Source: an uncultured bacterium (GTDB taxonomy: Bacteria > Verrucomicrobiota > Verrucomicrobiia > Verrucomicrobiales > DEV007). Taken from it: a stretch of 64,000 nt of DNA. The notes beneath the pieces are model-generated. The model saw nothing but the letters and a program-made list of their open reading frames with translations, ran no database searches and was not told where the DNA came from. Shown here one piece after another: positions 9,876 to 20,200 of this stretch. The stretch's first letter is position 1. Every line of letters starts with the position of its first letter. The position numbers and the translations under genes are program-made. The stretch is taken from NCBI GenBank assembly GCA_963977015.1, contig CAXBMO010000012.1, positions 64,001 through 128,000 of the forward strand. The letters are read 5' to 3'.

Positions 9876-10009
9876 GCGTCCCTCGGCCCGGTTCTGCGCG
9901 TTTGTGGAAACAAAGAATGGCCTGGCGACCGATGCGGAAAGTTGAGCTTCTCGCAAAAAAAGAAAAAAATCGCTTAACACATCTCTTTCTGGCTTCATTT
10001 CCCTGTTGA

Positions 10010-10585
10010 ATGCCGGAAGAGTGCTCCAAAACCCCTGTCCCCAATGCTCCGATCGATTTTGATCGCGGGGAGCGGTTTGCGCGGTTGTTGCTGGAAACCC
10101 AGCCCCGCCTATTCGGGTTTGTTCTCTCTTTGACCCATGATCGACAGGCGTCGATGGACGTGACCCAGGAAGTCGGGGTGCTGCTTTGGCGAAAGTTCGA
10201 CGAGTTTGAGCCGGGCACGGATTTTGGGGCGTGGGCGCTGACGATCGCGCGCTACAAGGTGATGGAATGGCGACGGGCTCAGTCGAAACTGCCCATCGTG
10301 CTGGAAGACGAAACGCTGGAGCTTCTCGCTGGGGAAGTGGAGGCGTTGAGCGTCAATCAGAATGACAGGCTCGCGGCGCTCGACGCGTGTCTTGAGCGGC
10401 TTCCCGCCAAACAGCGTCAGGTCATCGATGAACGTTATGCCGATAAAAGCACCGTGGTCCGGATTGCCGAGCGTTGGAATCGCTCGCGGGTTGCGATGCA
10501 TCAGCTCCTCAAAAAGGCTCATCAGGCGCTCCGGTATTGCATTCGCGAACAACTCAGAAAGGAAAATCATCATTCTCCATCATGA
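10010..10585 (+). CDS. ECF sigma-70 factor (Rhodopirellula/Verrucomicrobium type)
   Basis: DVTQEV..LWRKFDEFEPGTDFGAWALTIARY (region 2) and CLERLPAKQRQVI (region 4). Confidence 0.92.
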   Translation: MPEECSKTPVPNAPIDFDRGERFARLLLETQPRLFGFVLSLTHDRQASMDVTQEVGVLLWRKFDEFEPGTDFGAWALTIARYKVMEWRRAQSKLPIVLEDETLELLAGEVEALSVNQNDRLAALDACLERLPAKQRQVIDERYADKSTVVRIAERWNRSRVAMHQLLKKAHQALRYCIREQLRKENHHSPS

Positions 10586-12108
10586 AACCGGAACCTGAGT
10601 ATGAAGGCATCGATTTTGATTTGCCGGAGGACGATGCGGCGATCAACGAGCGGCTGAAATCCGATCCCGAGTTTCGTCAGGAATTTGCCGAGCACTGGTT
10701 GTTGGTGGCGGCGCTGGATGAAACGCTCGGGCAACAGGACGAGGCGCCGGAGCAAAAAGCGGCCACCGTTTCCAGAAAGCCGAACGCGTCCGGAAAGGCG
10801 GCGTTGCTGCTTCATTATGGCGGATGGATGGTGGCGGCGGTTGTGATTCTGGGAATCTTCTTTTTTGGGGCGGATCCGGCTGAGGATGTCGAACCGGGAA
10901 GCGAAGTGAAGTTTACCAGTTTGGCTCAGGCCAGTTTCTTTGGTGAACTGACGCCGCCGATTGGCTCGACGCCGGAGTTGCAGCGCGACTACTCGCTCAT
11001 GTCGGGCTCGGTGGAATTGTCCTTTCCGGATGGAGCGGCGACGATCGTGGAAGCGCCCGCGGTGTTTCGCGTGGAATCCGACGATCGATTGGCGCTCGAT
11101 GTCGGGCGTTGTTCGGTGCATGCCCCGCCGGGAGCGGAGGGATTTCGCGTGGACACGCCGAACAGCCGGGTGGTGGACCGGGGCACACGCTTTTTTGTCA
11201 ACGTTTCCGAGTCGAACGAGACGGAAGTGCAGGTCGTGGAAGGCGCGGCGGACATCTTTCCCGAAGACGAGACCGCCGGAATGGTGCACTTGAAGAATGG
11301 CTCCGCGCGGCGGGTCGGAAACAACGGGCTCGTTCCCATGGATTTTTCCGCGGACTCCTATCGCAAGCAGGTGCCGGACCGGATCGTTTCGTTTGAAGCC
11401 ACAAACGGCCCGGACGGTCGGGCGCGGGTTCTCAGCAGCGTGACCGTGCAACGGGATGGGCTCATCCGACAATACGACGCCCAGAATTTGATTCCGATTG
11501 AGTTGGTCTCGTTTAACCCGGGCCGCAATTTGTCTCAGCTCCATGTGTTTGGAGATGTTCCCCTGCCGGAACGCCGGGCTTCCCTGCTGGAGGATTTGTC
11601 CTTGAATGGAGGAATCATCAATCCGGGAGCGAGCGCGTCTCCGCTGCAATCGGATTTCGACTTTCGGGAAACTCCCGGTTTCGGGATTCGGTTTTTGCGA
11701 CCGGTTCGGAATGGGCCGGGACCGGACGTCGTCTTTTTCGAAGTTCAGAACCCGATGCATCCGCCGGAGGGCGATGCATTTCATGTGAGCCCCCTGGTGT
11801 GGGAGGACGGCCGGCGTAGCCTCACGATTCGCCATTATGATCTGATGATGACGTCCTCGGAAGCCCTACCCGTATCGAGCTATCATCTCTACCACTCCGA
11901 GGAGCCGATTCGTTCCGCGGCAGTTTTGGAAACCGCGAAATTTTCCGCGAAACGTTCCCCTCTGAATTCCAAGGCACTCGCGGTGGGGATTGATCTCTCC
12001 GATCTCGGTTATCGGGATGGGGAAACGGTGACGGGATTGTTTTTCCAAGACGCCGATGATGATCGCAACCATATCGATCCGATCGTTATCCGAGGATTGC
12101 CGGATTGA
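10582..12108 (+). CDS. FecR-domain anti-sigma factor
   Basis: ATGA overlap with the sigma gene, single TM, and GFRVDTP...VVDRGTRFFV...EVQVVEG FecR signature. Confidence 0.88.
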   Translation: MKPEPEYEGIDFDLPEDDAAINERLKSDPEFRQEFAEHWLLVAALDETLGQQDEAPEQKAATVSRKPNASGKAALLLHYGGWMVAAVVILGIFFFGADPAEDVEPGSEVKFTSLAQASFFGELTPPIGSTPELQRDYSLMSGSVELSFPDGAATIVEAPAVFRVESDDRLALDVGRCSVHAPPGAEGFRVDTPNSRVVDRGTRFFVNVSESNETEVQVVEGAADIFPEDETAGMVHLKNGSARRVGNNGLVPMDFSADSYRKQVPDRIVSFEATNGPDGRARVLSSVTVQRDGLIRQYDAQNLIPIELVSFNPGRNLSQLHVFGDVPLPERRASLLEDLSLNGGIINPGASASPLQSDFDFRETPGFGIRFLRPVRNGPGPDVVFFEVQNPMHPPEGDAFHVSPLVWEDGRRSLTIRHYDLMMTSSEALPVSSYHLYHSEEPIRSAAVLETAKFSAKRSPLNSKALAVGIDLSDLGYRDGETVTGLFFQDADDDRNHIDPIVIRGLPD

Positions 12109-12127
12109 TCAAAAACCCTTTCAGACG

Positions 12128-15100
12128 ATGACCACGTTTTCTTATCTAGTAGCGACTTTTTCTATTCTCGGGTTGGTGCCTTTTGCCATGGCAGAGGAAT
12201 CTCCATCCGGTGAGGCGATGAAGTTTTTCGAATCGAAGATCCGGCCGCTTTTGGCGGAGGCATGTTACAGCTGCCACGGTGAAGAAAAGGCCAAAGGCAG
12301 CCTGCGGGTGGATCACATCGACGCGATCCTCAAAGGCGGAGACTCGGGACCTGCCCTGACCCCCGGCGAACCGGGAAATTCGCTGCTGATCGAAGCGGTT
12401 CTTCGAACTGATCCCGATTTCGTGATGCCTCCGAAGAAGGCGGACGCGCTTTCTGACGAGCAGGTCGCGGATCTGGAAAAATGGGTCGCGATGGGAGCGC
12501 CGTGGCCGAAGGAGGAGACGTTTGCCGATGCCGAGCGCGACGAACACGGCTTCACGGAGGAAGACCGTGCCTGGTGGGCGATTCAACCGGTCACCGAGCC
12601 AGCCGTTCCGTCCGAGGCCGGGAAGGATTGGGCGCGAAACGAGATCGATCATTTTGTCGATCGGAAGCTCAGAGAAAACGGGCTCTCTCCCGCGCCGGAA
12701 GCCTCGCCGCTTGAGCTGGTCCGACGCATCTATTTCGACCTTCATGGTTTGCCGCCGTTGCCGGAACAGGCGGATGCATTTGTGGCGGCCTATGAGAAGG
12801 ATCCGGAAGCCGCCATGGAGAACCTGATCGACGAGCTTCTCTCCAGCCCTCGCTATGGAGAACGCTGGGGGCAGTATTGGCTGGACGTCGTCCGATATGC
12901 GGAAAGCGACGGTTACAACCAGGATGCGTTTCGGCCGGGCGCGAAGGACTACCGCAACTATGTGATCGCCTCGTTCAACCAGGACAAGCCCTACTCGCAG
13001 TTTGTTCGCGAACAATTGGCTGGAGATCTCCTCGCGCCTGGTGATCCCGACGTGCTGATCGGCACCTCCTTTCTTCGGCAGGGGATTTACGAGTATAATC
13101 AGCACAATGTGCGGATGCATTGGGACATCATCCTGACGGACATGACCAATGTGACCGGCGAGGCATTCCTTGGGGTCAGCATCGGGTGTGCCCAGTGCCA
13201 CGACCACAAGTTCGACCCCATTCTGCAAAAGGATTTCTTCGCGTTGCAGTCCTTTCTCTCCACCACGTCCTGGCCATCGGACGTCCCTCTGGCGACGCCG
13301 GAAGAAATTGCGGAGTACGAGCGCAAGCTGAAAATCTGGGAGGACGCCACCGCGGAAATCCGGGCCGGGTTGGAAGAAATGAAGGCGGAACAGCTCGAAG
13401 CCAGACGCGTGAAAGAGGTGTCAATGTATCCGGAGGACATCCAGAAGATGGTTTACAAAGCGCCGGAGGATCGAGGCCCGTTCGAAGAGCAAATGGCGAT
13501 GCTGGTCGAACGCTTTTTCGACTATAACCGAACCCGAATTGACTATCAGAAGGCGTTTGAGAAGAAGCCGGAATTGTTGGAGAAATGGAAAAGCCTCAAT
13601 GCGCGATTGGCGGAGTTCAAGCATCTCAAGCCCGCGCCGCTTCCCAAAGGGTTTGTCGCGACGGATGTCAGCGCAACGCCGGTGACGCCGGTGATCAAGA
13701 AGCGGGACAAGGAAATTCCGGTTGAGCCTGCGTTCTTGACGTTGCTGGGGCATCCCGCTCCGGTGATTCAGCCGACGGAGAACAACACGGGACGTCGGCT
13801 CGCGCTGGCGGATTGGATCGCTTCGGAGGACAACCCGCTCTCCACCCGGGTGGTCACCAACCGGATCTGGCAGGGGCACTTCGGTGTCGGGCTGGTCGCG
13901 ACTCCGAACGATTTCGGCAATCTTGGCGAAGCGCCGAGCCATCCGGAATTGCTCGATTGGCTGACGAAACGGTTTTTGGAAAACGGTTGGAAGATGAAGG
14001 ACATGCACCGGCTGATCATGATGAGTTCCACCTACCGGATGTCGGCGAGGAAGGAGCCCGGTCCCATCGCAACACAGACGGATCCGTCGAACCGCCTGCT
14101 CTGGCGTTTTCCTCCCCGCAGACTCTCTTCCGAGGAAGTGCGCGACGCCATGCTCGTGGCTTCTGGGGAAATTCGTTTCCCGAAAAACGATCGCCCGGGC
14201 TCGGTTTCGGGAACCTCTGCCGATCGAAGTATCTACGTGAAGAAGTTGCGGAACAAACCCGACCCGTTGCTCGGCAGTTTTGACGCGCCCGCGGGGTTCC
14301 AATCCGCGCCCCGCCGATCTGAGACCACGACGCCAACCCAGTCGTTGCTGCTCATCAACAACTCGTGGCCCCTGGGGCGGGCCAAGGCGTTGGCGAAATC
14401 GCTGCCATTCGATGGGGAGTCGGAGCGGAGACAGGCCATTGCGGAAGCCTATCGGCGTGCCTTGTGCCGTCAGCCAAGTGAGTCGGAAATCGACAAGGCA
14501 CTGATCTTTATCGACTCTCTCGCCGCTACCCGGAGCAGCGTCAAACCGGTGCAAACGGATGAGGAAACGGGTCGTCGTCCCAACTCCGAAAAGTTTTCGG
14601 CGGTGCAGGGCGTGGACATCGGGACTCATGCGATTCGGCTTCAGCGATCGTCGCAATTCGAGCAGTTTGAATCTGCTGTGCCGCTGGAGAGAGACGACGA
14701 CGCCTTCACCATTGAAGCGGTGGCGCAACTCGATACGATTTACCCGAACGGAACCGTCAACACCCTCATACACCGATGGGACGAGAACCGCTCTTCCTCG
14801 GGATGGTTTCTCTGTGTCACGAGCACCGGGTCAAGCTACCAGCCTCGAAATATTCTCTTTGTCATGAATGGCGTCGATCAGGCGGGAGCGCCAAAATATG
14901 AAGTCGTAGCCGCAGATTTGCGGGTTCCCTTGGGAAAACCAGTCTACATCGCGGCGTCCGTCAGTGCCCAAGGCAATCAGCAAGGTGAAGTCACCTTTTA
15001 TCTGAAAGACTTGTCGGACCCAAAAGCGCCGATGCAGACCGCCACGGTCAAGCATTCGGTGGTCGGGAAGCTGAATGACTCCTCGTTTCCGGTCACGGTC

Positions 15101-15376
15101 GGAGGCCGGCGGAAAACCGGTCATCTCTGGGACGGACAAGTGTCGCGCCTGACGATTTCCAAAGGGTACCTTGCCGAGAATCAGCTCTTCCTTCACGAGC
15201 AGCCCGTCGCGCCGGAACGAATCGTCGATTGGAACTTCTCTGGTCGCATTGACGGAGGAATCCCCGTTCCGAATGCCAATTGGATTGGGCGCGAAGTCGT
15301 CAACCCGCGGCTCGATTCGATTACCGACTTTTGCCACCTGCTTTTCAATTCCAACGAGTTTCTCTACCTTTATTGA
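12128..15376 (+). CDS. Planctomycete cytochrome c / DUF1549 / DUF1553 (PSD1) protein with LamG-like insert
   Basis: Signal peptide, CYSCH and CAQCH haem motifs, YGERWGQYWLDVVRYAES, SHPELLDWL, C-terminal NSNEFLY, and a LamG-like segment (FTIEA...WDGQVSRL). Confidence 0.93.
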   Translation: MTTFSYLVATFSILGLVPFAMAEESPSGEAMKFFESKIRPLLAEACYSCHGEEKAKGSLRVDHIDAILKGGDSGPALTPGEPGNSLLIEAVLRTDPDFVMPPKKADALSDEQVADLEKWVAMGAPWPKEETFADAERDEHGFTEEDRAWWAIQPVTEPAVPSEAGKDWARNEIDHFVDRKLRENGLSPAPEASPLELVRRIYFDLHGLPPLPEQADAFVAAYEKDPEAAMENLIDELLSSPRYGERWGQYWLDVVRYAESDGYNQDAFRPGAKDYRNYVIASFNQDKPYSQFVREQLAGDLLAPGDPDVLIGTSFLRQGIYEYNQHNVRMHWDIILTDMTNVTGEAFLGVSIGCAQCHDHKFDPILQKDFFALQSFLSTTSWPSDVPLATPEEIAEYERKLKIWEDATAEIRAGLEEMKAEQLEARRVKEVSMYPEDIQKMVYKAPEDRGPFEEQMAMLVERFFDYNRTRIDYQKAFEKKPELLEKWKSLNARLAEFKHLKPAPLPKGFVATDVSATPVTPVIKKRDKEIPVEPAFLTLLGHPAPVIQPTENNTGRRLALADWIASEDNPLSTRVVTNRIWQGHFGVGLVATPNDFGNLGEAPSHPELLDWLTKRFLENGWKMKDMHRLIMMSSTYRMSARKEPGPIATQTDPSNRLLWRFPPRRLSSEEVRDAMLVASGEIRFPKNDRPGSVSGTSADRSIYVKKLRNKPDPLLGSFDAPAGFQSAPRRSETTTPTQSLLLINNSWPLGRAKALAKSLPFDGESERRQAIAEAYRRALCRQPSESEIDKALIFIDSLAATRSSVKPVQTDEETGRRPNSEKFSAVQGVDIGTHAIRLQRSSQFEQFESAVPLERDDDAFTIEAVAQLDTIYPNGTVNTLIHRWDENRSSSGWFLCVTSTGSSYQPRNILFVMNGVDQAGAPKYEVVAADLRVPLGKPVYIAASVSAQGNQQGEVTFYLKDLSDPKAPMQTATVKHSVVGKLNDSSFPVTVGGRRKTGHLWDGQVSRLTISKGYLAENQLFLHEQPVAPERIVDWNFSGRIDGGIPVPNANWIGREVVNPRLDSITDFCHLLFNSNEFLYLY

Positions 15377-15383
15377 GATCGAT

Positions 15384-16793
15384 ATGAATCCTTCACGCCG
15401 AAAATTTCTCTCCACCGCCGGTGCCGGCTTCGGAACCGTGGCGCTGTCTGCGTTGATGGGCGAAAATCTCATCGCCGGTTCCACGGCCGATACCAGCGCT
15501 TCGCGGAAAATCCCCCACCACTTCGGCAAGGCGAAGAGTGTGATCTTCCTGTTCATGGAGGGAGGGCCGAGCCATCTCGATTTGTTCGATCCCAAACCGC
15601 TCCTGCGGAAGTTGGCGGGCCAGAAGCTTCCCGACAGCTTTGAAACTCCGGTTACCGCGGCGGGTGAAGTGTATTCCCCGCTCCTGTCCGACAAACGCAA
15701 ATGGGCGCAGCACGGAGAAAGCGGGCTCTGGATTTCCGATTGGTTACCCAACCATTCGCGCATCGCCGACGAACTCTGTATGATCCGCTCCTGCGTCACG
15801 GACGGGATCAATCACGCGGGCGGAGTCTGTCAGATGAATACCGGCGCCGTCTTTGCAGGGCGTCCTTCCCTGGGTTCCTGGGTGTCTTACGGACTTGGCT
15901 CGGAGAGCCGGAACCTCCCTGACTTTGTCGTCCTCAAAGACAGCAACTCCATGGTCGTGAATGGCGTCAACGCCTGGGGCTCGGGATTTATTCCTTCGAC
16001 CCACCAGGGCGTCCTCCTGGAATCAAACGACCCGCCCATTTCGAACCTCAACAATCCGGCCAGCGTTCCCGGGGACGTTCAAAAGCAGAAGCTGGCGTTT
16101 CTGAACGAGATGAATCGGAGCCACCAGGCAAGCCGTTCCTCCCACAGCGATCTGGAGGCCCGAATCAAGAGCTACGAACTCGCCTTCCGGATGCAGGCCA
16201 ACGCCCCGGAAGCGATCGACATCGACAACGAATCCGAGGCCACCAAATCGCTCTATGGAATGGACCATGACGAAACAAGAACCTACGGTCGTCAATGTTT
16301 GCTTGCGAGGCGGCTCGTGGAGCGGGGCGTGCGCTTCATCCAGCTCTACCACGGGGCCGGCAGCAAGTGGGATGCTCACAGCGGCATCGAGGGGAATCAC
16401 TCCAAACTCTGTCGCAGCATGGATCAACCGGTTGTCGGCTTGATTACCGATTTGAAACGGCGCGGACTCCTCGACGAAACGCTCGTGATTTGGGGAGGGG
16501 AATTTGGGCGGACTCCGATGAGCGAAAAAGGAAGTGGGCGAGACCACAATTCGACCGGATTCACCATGTGGATGGCCGGTGGCGGCGTCAAAGGCGGCCA
16601 GACCATCGGGGCCACCGATGAACTGGGTCTATACGCGACCGAGGACAAGCTTCACGTTCACGATCTCCACGCCACAGTCATGGCGTTGATGGGCTTGGAT
16701 CACACGAAAGTGATCTATCCCCACAAAGGCCGCCCTGAGCGAATCGACCTGAATGAAGGGCATGTTCACAGTGGTATTGTGAGTGGCGTTTAG
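15384..16793 (+). CDS. DUF1501 domain protein (Tat-exported, sulfatase-like fold)
   Basis: SRRKFL Tat motif, FMEGGPSHLDLFDPKP, WDAH and GEFGRTP. Confidence 0.93.
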   Translation: MNPSRRKFLSTAGAGFGTVALSALMGENLIAGSTADTSASRKIPHHFGKAKSVIFLFMEGGPSHLDLFDPKPLLRKLAGQKLPDSFETPVTAAGEVYSPLLSDKRKWAQHGESGLWISDWLPNHSRIADELCMIRSCVTDGINHAGGVCQMNTGAVFAGRPSLGSWVSYGLGSESRNLPDFVVLKDSNSMVVNGVNAWGSGFIPSTHQGVLLESNDPPISNLNNPASVPGDVQKQKLAFLNEMNRSHQASRSSHSDLEARIKSYELAFRMQANAPEAIDIDNESEATKSLYGMDHDETRTYGRQCLLARRLVERGVRFIQLYHGAGSKWDAHSGIEGNHSKLCRSMDQPVVGLITDLKRRGLLDETLVIWGGEFGRTPMSEKGSGRDHNSTGFTMWMAGGGVKGGQTIGATDELGLYATEDKLHVHDLHATVMALMGLDHTKVIYPHKGRPERIDLNEGHVHSGIVSGV

Positions 16794-17112
16794 GCCGTTA
16801 CCGAGAGGTTCGGGTCATTTTTCTCTTTCGCCGAAGTCGGCGTTTGCTTGGGAGAATTTCACGCGATTCCAAGCGCATTCATCTTGCGAACCTGACGCGC
16901 CACAACTGACGCGCGTTCAGCATGTTGGCGCCGTTGAGCGGCGTCACGCGGAAGGGGTGCGATCCCTGCGCTGGGACGGGGAGTAGTTGCGATTCTGCAA
17001 AACCTCCCGGATTTGAAAGTCAGATTCATGGAACAGGTTGGCCATGGGTTTACGAACGAGGCTGGAGTGCGTGCGGTTGCTCATTGGAGAGAATTAGAGC
17101 ATGGATGAACCG

Positions 17113-17206
17113 CTTATATAATTAAGGTTAATTAAATATATTGCTAGATACTATGTTAAGCTGGGCTAATTTGAGTGTTTATAGTTGTAAATATTAATAG
17201 AGTCAT
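17113..17206 (+). promoter_or_regulatory. Very AT-rich promoter region of the giant gene
   Basis: TTATATAATTAAGGTTAATTAAATATATT...TAAATATTAATAG in a GC-rich background. Confidence 0.6.
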
Positions 17207-20200
17207 ATGACTGATAGAAAGCGTTTCTCTCTGCGACAGCGACTTCGGAATCTTAAGAGCCGTCTGAAGGATGGTTCGGAGGAAGATCGCGTAAGGTTTG
17301 AACCCTTGGAGCCGCGGCTGTTGTTCTCCGCTTCTCCAGTTCCAACCGAAGTAGAGCCGGAACCTTCGCAAGAACCGCCTGCAGTTGAAATTGCTCCGGA
17401 AGGTGAGGCGGTGAGTGAGGATCAGATTCCAGAGAACGCTCCATCGGAAGTTCCGGAAGAAGCGGCCCCGGATCCAGTAGAAGAGACGATTCCTGATTCG
17501 GTTGCAGAAGCGACCCACTTTGAGATCGAGGGCGAAGCGGCTCTAGAGGACTTGATCAATCTGGAAGGCGGAGAGCAGGGAGTTCCCGAAAAAATTGTCG
17601 TATATGGAAGCGATGAGACCGACGACTTTCTGCGGATCGACCTGGGTCAGACCGATCAGATTTTGGACCTGACCTATCATGGCGGCGCCGGGGGCTACGA
17701 TACGATGGAGATCACCGGGGTGGCGATTGGCTCATACACGCCGGGCGCGGTTTATGGCGACGGGATCATCACGGCGGGCAAGAGCATTTTCCGGTTCACG
17801 GGGCTCGAGCCAGTCATCATCGATGGATCGGGATTGGCGGACAGCTCCTTCACGTTTACCACTCCAGGTGGTGCTGATGATCTGGTGATCGACAACCCGG
17901 CGGAGGGCCAGAACCGGATTCGCGGCTTGAGCGGAGGAACGCCGTTCGAGGAGATCATTTTCAGCAACGTCAAGAATCTCACGATCGACGCGGCGAGCAA
18001 CGACGTCGCCGGAGACCAGGATGATTCGATCACGTTCAGCGGCCCCCTTGTGGCGACGGGCCTGCAGACAGTGACGGTCCAAACCGGGGCGGGGAATGAC
18101 ACGATTACGGTTCAATCTGATTTTGTGAGCGCGAACGGAAACACCGTCGCGGTCACGCTCGATGCCGGTGACGGCGAGGACACGATCCTGGGGCCATCGC
18201 TCGACACGGTCTGGACCGTGAACGGCCGGAACGCCGGCGAAGTGGCGGGAATCGAATTTTCAAACGTGGAGAACCTGACCGGCGCGGCGGACAACGAGGA
18301 CGTCTTCGTCTTCACCGAATCCGGGAGCCTTTCGGGCGTGATTGCCGGGGGCGATCGCGGATTCGACACCCTGGAACTGGATGGCGGCACCTTTGATTCC
18401 GTAACGTTTACCGCGTTCAGTCCGGATGCGGGAACCGTGGAACGGGACTCGGACCTGATCACCTACGTCGGTCTCGAGCCGATCACTGACAACACCTCGA
18501 CGACCGATCGCGTGATCGGAATGAGCAACGACGCGGACACCGACGCGGTGCTGACCGGAACCGCGACGACGATGACGTTGGATGGATCGACGTTCGAAGG
18601 AATCACCTTCCTCAATCCGTCCAGTTCGTTGACGATTCAGGGGCTGGACGGCGAGGACACCATCACGATCAATTCGTTCAGCAGCGGGTTCATGGGCGAC
18701 CTGACGATCGAAGCTGAGCACATCGTGGTCTCCTCGGCGGCAACGATCAACACCGCAGGCAACGTGACCTTGCGCGCCGCGGCGCAGAACAGCGGCAGCA
18801 CGGTGATGTCAGCCAGCGTCAGCGTGGAAGGCTCGATCACGGCCGCCGCGCTTGAGATCAGTGCCGCGACCGATGGCAGCATTACCCTTGGATCCAGTAC
18901 CGATCTTGTGGCGACCAACACCTACGCCGAAAGCGCGACTGCGACGATCAGCGGGGGGACGATCAACGCGAATTCGTTGGTGCTCAGCGCGACAACGAGC
19001 ACGGATTACACCGCAACGGCGTTCGCCGCGCAGAACGTCATCACCGGTGCGGTAACCGCATCGATTGAGAACAGCAGTAGCGTCACCACCAGTGGCGCGG
19101 TGAGCGTGAGCGCGACGGACGAATCCTTTCTCACCGCTTCGGCGCCGGAACGCCTCATCGATGTCAGCGGCGGACTTCCCGCTTCAGTTGAAATCGCTGC
19201 GGCGCGCAACAGCCTGACCCGCGATGTGACCGCCTACGTTTCGGCGAGCACGGTGACGGCCAACAATGGCGACATCACGGTCGAGGCGACGAAATCCGCG
19301 AAAGCCAGCGCCAAGGCGGAGACGATCGCGCTTTCCTCCGGCGTCCCGGTCGTCATCCCGGATTCGCTGAGTTTCGGCGGCACCTATTCCTCCAATACCC
19401 TGTTGGGAGACACCAAAGCCTACGTCACCCTGGGTTCGACCCTGGAAACGACGGTGGCGGGCGACATTGCCGTCAGCGCCCGAGACGAATCCGCAGCCGA
19501 CTCGCGTTCCGGAGCCAGCGCCACCGCGCAAACCGCGAGCGTCTCCCTTGACGGAGTTGGCGGGTCGGTTGGCGCGTCGATTGCGTTTAACGCGATCGGC
19601 TGGGACACCGGAGCCGGGTTCATGACGCTGGACGCGTTGTTGGGAACCGGTCTGGGTACGGAATCGACGAACGAGGTCCAGGCTTACGTGACCGATTCCG
19701 ATGTCGATTCGGCCGACGATGTTTCCATCTCCGCGGAGGCTGCGACCCTGATCAACGCCACGGTGAGCAACGCCGCTGAGACGACCGCGTCCTCCCTTTT
19801 CGGGTCGAGCGGATCCGCCACCAGCGCGGTTGTGGCCAGCAACAAGATCAGTATCAGCAGTGAAGCCTTCATCGCAGATCAAGTCGACGGCGGAACCACC
19901 GAGGTGGACGCGGGCGGCGATCTGACGGTTCAGGCGACCGACAATTCGGGGATTCTTTCCAACGCGCGAGTTGTTTCCTCATCGATCACCACGAGCGACG
20001 GCGGAGCGGACGTGCTTCAAGGCATGATGCGCGATTTGCTCGATGCCGATTTCGAACCGGTTTCTGCGCCGACGAATGTGCAGGCGATCGCGTTTGGCGA
20101 AAAGGTCAGGCTGGCCGACGACTTTGCGACGCCGGATTTTCAGAGCGACGCCTTCGGGTTGCAGAACGTCGAAGCGGGTGACGTGGTGCAGTTGGCGGAT

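Noticed and set aside
16922-17125. 67-aa Cys/Trp-rich ORF upstream of the giant gene as a RiPP precursor
   Set aside because: No RBS or leader-like features, and it runs into the AT-rich promoter; likely chance. Revisit only if conserved in homologous loci.
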